From Elusimicrobiota bacterium (GTDB lineage Bacteria > Elusimicrobiota > Elusimicrobia > UBA1565 > UBA9628), in the NCBI GenBank assembly GCA_028868375.1, contig JAGWUP010000008.1, positions 4,751 to 68,750 on the forward strand: a DNA stretch of 64,000 bases, written 5' to 3'. The notes under the pieces were generated by a model, which searched no databases, was not told the origin of the DNA, and saw nothing but the letters and a program-made list of their open reading frames with translations. The translations under genes were made by a program, and so were the position numbers. Positions 9,401-15,358 of the stretch are shown here, in pieces (the first letter of the stretch is position 1; the number at the start of each line of letters is the position of its first letter).

Positions 9401-11196
9401 GCTTCCGGCGCCTGCAGGCCCACTACGGCCTGACCGGGGTGATCGACAAGGATGCCTTCAGGAGGCTTAAGAAGAACGAGGCCTTCATGCGCGACTTCGA
9501 GGATTACGTCCAGGAGGCGGCCGAGGCCATCCGGGAGGCCGCCGTGACCTTGCGCAGCAAGAGCTTCCGCGACGGCATAGACCTGACCCAGTATCCCGAC
9601 TATTACGCCATGGCCGGGGGGGACGCCCAATTGGCCCGGCGCCGCTTGCAGGACCGGATGATCGAGGAATATGATCATATGGTGGCTTCCGCCAAGGCGC
9701 TGCACGGCAGCCTGGAAGGGCGCATGAGGATGTTCCTGGAAGGCGGCATGGAGTTCGCAAGCCTTCCCGAGCGCTCCAAGAAGATCGTTCCCGATCCGGA
9801 CGTCGAGCGGGACGTCTTGAACTTCAACAACGGCATCGCCTACGACAACTTGAGCACGCCGGTCGGCCCCTTCGGCTCCGCCTACTTCGGCCGCAACATC
9901 TCCAACGAGTTCGAGTCGGCCGGGCAGCTCAACTTCGCCCAGTTGATCGAGGAGGCCGTGGCCAACAAGGCGGTCTTCTTCTTGACTTCGGGGACCTGCC
10001 CCTTGAAGGTCCGCGAGCTTTTCCAGGGGCGCTACAGGGCCAAGTTCACCGGGGAGGTCTCGATTCCCGATCCCTTCGAGCCGCGCCTGGCCACCGGGGA
10101 GCTGGCCCAGGTGCTCGACATCGACGCCAAGATCGCGGACGCCAGGGCCGGCGAGCTGCAGATACAGTACGTCCACACCCTGCCGGAGCAGCAGGAGGTC
10201 CTGCGCTTGCTGGAGGAGCGCGGCGTCGACATGAGCCGCGTCTCGGTGCTGGTGCGGCCCGCCTCGGCCCTCGAGAAGCAGGAGCGCCTGGACATGGGGG
10301 TGCGCGCCGAGGCCAACGCAGAGGGCTTCAAGGGCCACAACGTGGACTTCGTCCTGCTGGTCGGGGCCGCCGGCCTGCGCGGCCTGGAGATGAACCTGAA
10401 GGACTACGCCGGGCGCTCCGCGCGCATGGACATACTCGACCCCCAGGAGCTCGACACGGGCAGCTTGACGCAGCTGATCGGCCGCCTAAGCCGCGGCCGC
10501 GCCTGGATGCTCAATGTGCGGCGCTTCACCAGCGTCACCCGCCTGGAGCGCCTGGAGCGCTCCGTCATCCTGCCGCAGGCGGCTGGGGATCTGGCCGGCC
10601 TGGTGGCGGAGGCGGCGTCTGACCGTTCCCCGACCGTCCAGGAAGCCGCGCTCAGGCTCTCGCAATCCATTCGCGCGGACTCGCCGGTCAATCCCATGTC
10701 GGTGACGCCGCAGGACATCATCGAGGCCGTGCAGCGGCACGACGCGGACACGCAGCGCTTCCTGCGCGCCGCCGAGGAGGGGAGGGGCGAGGGCTTCGTC
10801 GCCCAGCGCAACGATCTCTACGACCGCATCCTGCTGCCCATGCTCAAGAATCCCAATCTACCCACGCGGATCACGCGCTACCTGGATTTGATCTCCGAGG
10901 TCGGCCTGCTGCGCCGGGGCTTGAGCTCCCGGCAGCTGGAGTCTGTCCTCGGCGCCTCCGACCCATCGGCCGCGGCGATCCGGCTGTTCAGCGACCCGGC
11001 CGTCCTCTCCCAGCCGGGAGTGCTCGACGTGCTCATCGCCAGCCTCGGGCGCCGCGAGCAGGACCTGGCCATACAGTCCTCGGGCATCCTCGACGAGAGC
11101 AGGCCCTCCGCCCAAAACGGCCCGACGCTGGGCAAGCTGCTGCGGCCCGGCGGCTTGCGGGCCGTGACGCCGCGGGCCCTTCCCGGCCTTCCGTGA
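3409..11196 (+). CDS. giant protein (2595 aa): signal peptide, long helical N-terminal region, hydrophobic/Gly-rich core, embedded SF2 DEAD-box-like helicase core
   Basis: 7.8-kb ORF. An alternative start at ATG 3445 (MKAALCLILSAALILSSGGTSLLA) gives a cleaner signal peptide. Hydrophobic segments lie around aa 880-1200. Helicase motif I is AMPTGSGKT (8872-8898), motif II is LIGDEGDA (9139-9150), motif V-like is VGAAGLRGLEM, and motif VI is QLIGRLSRGR (10471-10500). Confidence 0.7.
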   Translation: MAEGHPACYTRCMKAALCLILSAALILSSGGTSLLAKPVTHWDPLYRRLRVSDDGASTPIARVARMIEHLPPKLRAAALQIGGDQRLSQAERERALAFLVRYRPALAGDQKAAKEIDATLHDLRDPEIDPGLTLARMFDHLSRTARMAERDRTDVQWEGDPSHEATAVVSNSLIGNTTFIQHTVRKDADNSIRTITRPADPDDPSSPQQLEAVVLEQRRGADTLQRVCYNRRIHVLLRNLRKLYYDQCSLVRRVNNGELLLQDTPCQDAKGWRDEKLTPEVRRKLQAFYDGNRRRFPPELLDYLDYLDRMEKQGRLGNLRDWRKLQSMQRLALAFYNDNQLQVYQRAVIMEITNYFSQLTGVQPKQKRGEEMLDIGARKLEDFQRLLDQFHKGRMEGYSSWLAELGFSKLDIKNRRDATSQAMDIVSEAFADVAYAYQAQQRLLDPDAELSGAERDAAIAETSQWLQLAQIQVTRFEMLTESTSLDHLAAGTLRGIGIQRYDEQMKGQARRLASAARRQYYPAIAQASRQAKRELLRQTVSELFTTFNAASTSWQFRRPLREKLRLLAAKADQLLQLYLSAQFEAARDNPSFQRDFTESQRVEGSEYAYFLSHLPANCRHVRELVSSLKEGLLALLKEREVGSVRQGLAPLRARFAAVARAIFGDGDIPTPLQIQRESQALSVRQGRLFAAAAQFANKMRLFDAINELDIYVDKYADNTKWLQTENDGFWTQLTSFQWLNYAFGKVPGREAAADAMLRNAHIDATLPLLGEVRVDYRRAFEELRGHPERRFKIDQALREGRFDDAYRLVAKIDPEGAQKAEKEARLDKLDEDPADLLDLDGLMSHQYQDTAQTRALGSIQGAFVQLPKLITGYALATAVTDTVISAVASAAIMPVAPVLLGGLGEATLGVGRFVELVPALDETASVGRMTRIIHGIASLFNAGSWAVEYPGKVMISTARTARKAIGMAAPLEERSAWVQAAAMYLPGSGLYANVACASIGSTAIMGLVSGGMSAFTYARDPETSRYENAGEAFMQGLALGASFGSKAGIITHINLVPVSAFRGWVGATMRTVAETPGPVSLGLQTLAKVVPGWSKSMLAEAGPLGALSNGALALNPVLYTLGKAAVWGGAMIDGTVKYIGIAWLPQQLAQVGIMLTGQFKDAHGHRDATLETEAGDTAFMERLSAAQQFSTSLAQLSWVLMPSNPAFSHKEISDQSRAAAAFNRIAQDPELLRVVESAPKDFAMPVELPFYYRSLGENARAVLGAVPLLGRVLEELGLRKPASTVEFQVTEQWRQLAARERMRRRFSTAEIMAMALMPSEAVGRLLERSRLGEVLRDRKAFIEESLADKGPRRAGEDGRPLILTPATRDPVDVRVFRYRDPATGRWRDAREGEVRLVCAAPVPLGQARGRDILEVVDPQTGHWVPAGTPGSPAAMVLPSARPDQVRVTNEAIMAARDELSARLRGRSWLKRAWDGLLGREVLDGAALRGEILLSEDALDLGNGWQLSGERLADLKKEAALVQLDAMPATRNPIAWARDMVQRGFDTVFRGRKLESQQQRWMRGLRPQVEADARRLAESEKGSLGAVREQILDLLGKNDDGGDILTDAGDRAVLQRALDVLGGRGRLSDRLESAAVLLDEAAARKGQEKAGLPPNAFASLSRSLRGEVTADLLMTAARRRLQRRIDAAGPLDRAALEALRQPLETDAARQVVIAEMLRTFGRDRLAARDGELDSASAREGGELDRALDLYMDVWERAVLGQMAGERVAAVKNGRDVLEWSIPARRQFKNRFGATIGEFRALQKRVIKETLGFFAGGSTLVFGAMPTGSGKTLTNCVLAEFLDTMARSRGRDGVIYLTTNPDLVAQAYEDYVGFFGKKPPFEIMTYSDLSARVAQAKEQGLPSPLERNYLIGDEGDAPAGQVPTSVGVFNGRMSKARIDPVQQAMQGVARRFADGDPAFWAEARAAHGLGGEGPVEGPRYEELMKDEAFRQRILEGEGGGFRRLQAHYGLTGVIDKDAFRRLKKNEAFMRDFEDYVQEAAEAIREAAVTLRSKSFRDGIDLTQYPDYYAMAGGDAQLARRRLQDRMIEEYDHMVASAKALHGSLEGRMRMFLEGGMEFASLPERSKKIVPDPDVERDVLNFNNGIAYDNLSTPVGPFGSAYFGRNISNEFESAGQLNFAQLIEEAVANKAVFFLTSGTCPLKVRELFQGRYRAKFTGEVSIPDPFEPRLATGELAQVLDIDAKIADARAGELQIQYVHTLPEQQEVLRLLEERGVDMSRVSVLVRPASALEKQERLDMGVRAEANAEGFKGHNVDFVLLVGAAGLRGLEMNLKDYAGRSARMDILDPQELDTGSLTQLIGRLSRGRAWMLNVRRFTSVTRLERLERSVILPQAAGDLAGLVAEAASDRSPTVQEAALRLSQSIRADSPVNPMSVTPQDIIEAVQRHDADTQRFLRAAEEGRGEGFVAQRNDLYDRILLPMLKNPNLPTRITRYLDLISEVGLLRRGLSSRQLESVLGASDPSAAAIRLFSDPAVLSQPGVLDVLIASLGRREQDLAIQSSGILDESRPSAQNGPTLGKLLRPGGLRAVTPRALPGLP

Positions 11197-12929
11197 GCGC
11201 GGCCGCCGCGCTGCTGGCGCTGCTCTACGCGGGGCTGATGGCCGACGGCTTGCGCCCGGATTGGGCCTGGGCCGTCGGCGGATTGTGGCTGGGCGGCTGC
11301 CTGTGGGCTTGCCGGCGCCGAAGCGCCCGTCCGCTGGCGGTCTGGCTGCCTTATCTGGCCTGGGCGCTGCTGTCCGCCGCGGCTTGCGGGGGCAGGCTGG
11401 CCGGCCTTGGCGCCCTCTCGCGCTGGGCCGGGGCGCTGGCCTTCTACGCCGCGGCCGTGACCTTGTGGCGGCCGCGCCACCGGCGCCGGTGGCTTAAGAT
11501 CTTGCTCCTGGCCGGGCCGCTGCTGGGCTTGGCCGCCCTGGCCACCGGCTGGACCCAGGTGCGGGTCTACGGCTCCGGAGAGTCGATGACGGGTTTTCTG
11601 CCGCCCTATTACAACTACACCTGCTTCGTCCTGGCGGCTTGCGGCGCGGCCGCCTTGGGGGCATTGGGCGGCGAGGCGGAGGCCGGCGGCTTGCTCGCCC
11701 GCCCGGCCTTGGGGGTCGTCGCCGGGCTCTGCGCGTCCTTGCTGGTGGTGGCGCGCGCCCGCTCGGCGCTCTTGGGGCTTCTGGCCGGCGCGGTCGTGGC
11801 GGCCTACCGCCAGCATAGCGGCCGCGTCCTCAAGCTGGCCGCGGCCCTGTTGGGCGGCAGCGCCGTGGTCTTTACGGCCGCGATGATGGCCCTGCACGTC
11901 AGCGGCCCGCTCTTGATGCTCAAGCTCGACAAGGCCAAGGCGTTCAAGCGGCCCCAGTTGTGGCTGGCGGCCGCCCAGGTGATCGCCGACCATCCCGTCC
12001 TAGGCGAGGGGCCGGGGCAGTTCGAGAGCGGCTTCCGGCGCCATGTCTTTGCGGCCGGCTACGGGGTGGCGCGCTACCGCTTCACGACGGCCTACGCCCA
12101 CAGCGAGCCGCTGCAGTTGGCGGCCGACACGGGCCTGGTCGGCGCAGTACTCTGGGCCGGCGGTTTGTGGGCCAGCCTGGGTCCGGCCGGCGCCTCTCTA
12201 GAGGCCCAGGCGGCCGTGGCGGCCGCGGCGGCGATGACGGTGCCGCTGGCCTTCGACAATATGCTGCAATTGCCGGCGCTGGCCTTCCTGTTCTTCTCGG
12301 CTCTGGCCGTGGGATTTTCCGACGAGCGCCGGCAAGAGGATCGCGCGGCCCCGCGCGGTTGGGCCGCCGCGGCCCTCTTGGTCGGCGTCCTGGCCCTGGC
12401 GGCCGCGGCGGCCGCCCGCGTCCGCGTGGAGCTTTCCAAGGAGTCCGGGCCGCCGGCCGCGCGGCTTGCGCGCGCGCGCCGCCGGGAGGACTTATGGCCG
12501 CGCGACCCGGGGGGCTTTCAGGCGCAGGCCCGAGCGGACATGGGCATGCGCCCCGCGCGCGTCGAGGAGGCCTTGTCGGCGCTGCGGCGGGCCTCGGCCC
12601 TGGCCCCCTACGACGCCTTCGTCCTGGTCTGGGGCGCCGAGCTTCAGCGCGCCCGCGGGGCCTGGCCGCAGGCGCGGAAGCTGGCCTTGCGCGCGCTGGA
12701 GCTGGAGCCGGATTTTCTCCAGGCGCGGCTCTTGCTGGCGGAATCCCTGCTCAGGCAGCGCCCGGCTGCGGCGCGAGCCGAGCTTTCGGAGCTGGAGCGC
12801 CGCCGCGCCGCGCTGCGCGCGGAGGGCCTCTACGGCCCGGAGCGCTCGCGCTTCACCGACTACGACCGCCAATTGGGCTCGCTCGACCAACGGCGCGAGG
12901 CCCTTCTTCGGGCAGCGCTTCATTCGTGA
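11193..12929 (+). CDS. O-antigen ligase family (Wzy_C / WaaL / PglL-like) polytopic membrane protein with C-terminal TPR-like repeats
   Basis: About 10 predicted TM helices. Large loop with TAYAHSEPLQLAADTGLVGAVLW (a Wzy_C-like H/E/R loop). C-terminal LALRALELEPDFLQARLLLAESLL TPR-like helices. The GTG start overlaps the TGA of the giant gene (GTGA). Confidence 0.6.
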   Translation: MSAAAALLALLYAGLMADGLRPDWAWAVGGLWLGGCLWACRRRSARPLAVWLPYLAWALLSAAACGGRLAGLGALSRWAGALAFYAAAVTLWRPRHRRRWLKILLLAGPLLGLAALATGWTQVRVYGSGESMTGFLPPYYNYTCFVLAACGAAALGALGGEAEAGGLLARPALGVVAGLCASLLVVARARSALLGLLAGAVVAAYRQHSGRVLKLAAALLGGSAVVFTAAMMALHVSGPLLMLKLDKAKAFKRPQLWLAAAQVIADHPVLGEGPGQFESGFRRHVFAAGYGVARYRFTTAYAHSEPLQLAADTGLVGAVLWAGGLWASLGPAGASLEAQAAVAAAAAMTVPLAFDNMLQLPALAFLFFSALAVGFSDERRQEDRAAPRGWAAAALLVGVLALAAAAAARVRVELSKESGPPAARLARARRREDLWPRDPGGFQAQARADMGMRPARVEEALSALRRASALAPYDAFVLVWGAELQRARGAWPQARKLALRALELEPDFLQARLLLAESLLRQRPAAARAELSELERRRAALRAEGLYGPERSRFTDYDRQLGSLDQRREALLRAALHS

Positions 12930-12964
12930 GTAAAAACCGGCCCCGCGTTATATAGAATCCAACC

Positions 12965-13990
12965 GTGGAACAGTTGGCGCGGGTCCGCCGCCGCATCGCC
13001 ACGCTGCTGGGAGTGATCCTCGCCGTCCTGGCCGGCGGGGCGGCGGGCTACCATTTCCTGGAGGGCTGGCCGTGGCTGGACGCGGTCTACATGACCGTCA
13101 TCACGCTGGGGACGGTCGGCTACGAGGAGACCCATCCGCTCTCCAGCGGCGGGCGGGTGTTCACGATGCTGCTGATCTTGGGCGGCATCGCCCTGATGAC
13201 CTACGCCTTCTCGACGATCACCGCGATCATCGTCGAGGGAGAGCTTGCCGGGGCGTTGAAACGGAGGCGCATGCAAAAGGAGATCGGCCGCTTGTCCGGC
13301 CACTACATCGTCTGCGGCAGCGGGCATGCCGCGGGCGTGATCGGCTCGGAGCTGCTGCACACCCGCAGGGAGTTCGTCGTCATCGACGTCGACCAGGAGG
13401 CCCTGCGCCGCTTCTCGGAGCGCCTCGGCGCCGGGCGCTATTTCACGGTGGAGGGCGACGCCGCCGCCGACGAGACCCTGCGCGCGGCCGGCGTGGCGCG
13501 CGCGGCCGGGATTTTCGCCGTCCTGCCCCGAGACCAGGACAACGCCTTCGTGGCCCTTTCGGCCAAGGGCTTGAATCCCGGCATCCGGGTGGTCAGCGCG
13601 CAGAAGGAGCTGGGGGTGCGCGAGCAGTTGCTGCGCAGCGGGGCCGACCGCGTCGTCAATCCCGAGTACATCGGGGGCTTGCGGATGGTCTCCGAGATGA
13701 TCCGCCCCGCGACCGTGGGATTTTTGGACGCGATGATCCGCGAGCGCGGCCAGACCGTCCGCTTCGAGGAGGTCGGCGTGCCAAGCGGCTCGCCCTTCGT
13801 CGGCCGCCCCTTGGAGGCCCTGCGGGCCGCGGCGGCCGGCCCGCTGTTGGTGGCCCTGCAGCCCGCCGGAAGCGGCTCCTACGAGATCAATCCGCCTTCC
13901 TCCAGGCCGATCGCCGCCGGCGACGCCCTGGTGCTGCTGGGAGAGATCGGGCAGCTCGAGGCCCTGCGCCGCGGCGTGGGGGGACTTTAA
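12965..13990 (+). CDS. two-TM potassium-channel family protein with a C-terminal RCK/TrkA-N domain (MthK/Kch-like); selectivity filter is TVGYE
   Basis: TM1-pore-TM2 layout with TVITLGTVGYEETHP (filter codons 13112-13126). Rossmann motif IVCGSGHAAGVIGSEL follows. GTG start. Confidence 0.75.
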   Translation: MEQLARVRRRIATLLGVILAVLAGGAAGYHFLEGWPWLDAVYMTVITLGTVGYEETHPLSSGGRVFTMLLILGGIALMTYAFSTITAIIVEGELAGALKRRRMQKEIGRLSGHYIVCGSGHAAGVIGSELLHTRREFVVIDVDQEALRRFSERLGAGRYFTVEGDAAADETLRAAGVARAAGIFAVLPRDQDNAFVALSAKGLNPGIRVVSAQKELGVREQLLRSGADRVVNPEYIGGLRMVSEMIRPATVGFLDAMIRERGQTVRFEEVGVPSGSPFVGRPLEALRAAAAGPLLVALQPAGSGSYEINPPSSRPIAAGDALVLLGEIGQLEALRRGVGGL

Positions 13991-14130
13991 ATCAACATCT
14001 AAATTAGTTAAACTCAGGCACTAAGCTGGCGTAGCCGGCTTGCGTCTGACCGCAGGGAATGGTTTGACTCCGAAGAATTCGGGAAGAAAACCATGGCCGG
14101 ATAGGGAAAATGCGTCAGGCCATGACGTCC

Positions 14131-14349
14131 GGCGCTGCCACGCAATAACATGAACATTCTGGAGGCCCGAGCTTGAGACGATTTCAAGGCGCGAAGAGAG
14201 GGCATGGCGGTAGTCATGCGGGCGATGAGCAACGCGGAAATCGGCCAACCTCGGGCTTCCCCACAGAGCCGGGCCGTTTTTGGGCTGCGCCTTCGTCGCC
14301 CCGCTCCAAAATCGCGCACGGCAGAGCGACCATCTTATTGCGTGGCAGC
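14131..14349. repeat. ~219-bp element bounded by a perfect 18-bp inverted repeat (GGCGCTGCCACGCAATAA ... TTATTGCGTGGCAGCGCC); MITE-like or structured-RNA element
   Basis: Arms at 14131-14148 and 14332-14349 are exact reverse complements. The interior is lower in GC. The right arm ends 5 nt before the transposase-like ATG. A related element is at 58934-59153. Confidence 0.5.
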
Positions 14350-14354
14350 GCCTA

Positions 14355-15257
14355 ATGGGCCGCCCCCAGCGCTTGCAGCTTCCGGGAGCTTGCTATTACG
14401 TGCTGCTCGAGGGAAACAACAGGCAGGATCTCTTCCTGTCGAGCCAGGACCGCCGCCAGTTCTTGGCCCTGCTGCGCTCCTGCAAGGAGCGCCACGAGCT
14501 GAAGGTCTACGCCTATTGCCTGCTGCCGCAGAAGGTCCACTTGCTCGTCGAGACGGACCGGCCCAACCTCGCCGCCGCCATGCAGAACCTGGGCAGCGTC
14601 TATACCAAGCGCTTCAACGCGGCCCACGATGTCTCCGGGCACCTTTTCGCGGGCCGCTACAAGGCCTGGCTGCTGGACAAGGAGCGCTTCCTGGCCGAGG
14701 CCACGCGGGCCATCCACCTGCAGCCCTCGCGCTCCGGCCTCAGGGACAAGCCTTGGCGCTACCCCTGGTCCAGCTGCTCCGCCTACGTGGAGTCCGAAGC
14801 GGGGGAACCCCTGATCGATTCCCAGCCCGTCCTGGCCCTGTTCGCCTCCGGGCGCCTGAAGCAGTCGGTGCGCTACATGCAGTATCTCAAGGACAGGCTG
14901 AAGTCCTCTTCCGCCGTCTTGCTGCCGGTGGCCCGCGGCCAGGTCATCGGCGGAGAGGAGTTTCTGGCGCGCATGCGAGCCAGGGCCGGGCGAGTCGAGC
15001 CGGCCCGGCCATCCCCGGAGGCGGAGCGCCAGGTCCTGGCGGAGGTCGCCAAGCGCCACGGCCTGGAGCCCGAGGAGCTGACGGGGCCCGGCCGGCGCCG
15101 CAGGGTGGCGGCCGCCAGGCGAGAGGCGGCCTACCGTCTGTCCAAGGAATTGCGCCTGGGCGTGGCCGAATTGGGGCGCCTGTTCCACCGCACTCCCAGC
15201 GCGCTCTGCCAGGCCCTGCGGACGGCTGAAATATCAACTAAAAAACTTAACTCCTGA
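14355..15257 (+). CDS. IS200/IS605-type Y1 (HuH) transposase-like protein fused to a DnaA-C-terminal-like HTH domain; HuH motif degenerate (K-V-H)
   Basis: N-terminal YYVLLEGNNRQDLF, then VHLLVETD, then a Tyr-region YTKRFN, match the Y1_Tnp fold. The C-terminal VAAARREAAYRLSKELRLGVAELGRLFHRTPSALCQALR resembles the DnaA C-terminal DNA-binding domain. The first His of HuH is replaced by Lys (14532-14540). Confidence 0.6.
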   Translation: MGRPQRLQLPGACYYVLLEGNNRQDLFLSSQDRRQFLALLRSCKERHELKVYAYCLLPQKVHLLVETDRPNLAAAMQNLGSVYTKRFNAAHDVSGHLFAGRYKAWLLDKERFLAEATRAIHLQPSRSGLRDKPWRYPWSSCSAYVESEAGEPLIDSQPVLALFASGRLKQSVRYMQYLKDRLKSSSAVLLPVARGQVIGGEEFLARMRARAGRVEPARPSPEAERQVLAEVAKRHGLEPEELTGPGRRRRVAAARREAAYRLSKELRLGVAELGRLFHRTPSALCQALRTAEISTKKLNS

Positions 15258-15265
15258 CACTGACC

Positions 15266-15293
15266 CTAGGACCTAAAATAGCGTAGGTCCTTT
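15266..15293 (+). promoter_or_regulatory. AGGACCTA-N8-TAGGTCCT inverted repeat including TAGGTCCTTTA, ~65 nt upstream of the 4939-aa gene
   Basis: Read directly: ctaggacctaaaatagcgtaggtcctttaatatc. The same TAGGTC(C)TTT decamer occurs at 122 and 3371. AGGAGGAG lies further downstream. Confidence 0.35.
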
Positions 15294-15358
15294 AATATCA
15301 GAGGAGGAGCCAAGGGTTCCTACCGCTTTGGCGCCGCCAAAGCTACTCTAAGGGCCTG

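Larger units (their letters stand above)
13991..15257 (+). mobile_element. possible IS200/IS605-family remnant: low-GC leader with IR-bounded element plus tnpA-like gene
   Basis: A low-GC 360-bp leader containing the IR element directly precedes the Y1-transposase-like gene. No second end was identified downstream. Confidence 0.3.

Noticed and set aside
14204-15229. 341-aa ORF in an alternative frame over the transposase-like gene
   Set aside because: P/R/A/G-rich with no motifs. The 14355 frame shows Y1-transposase and DnaA-HTH signatures.
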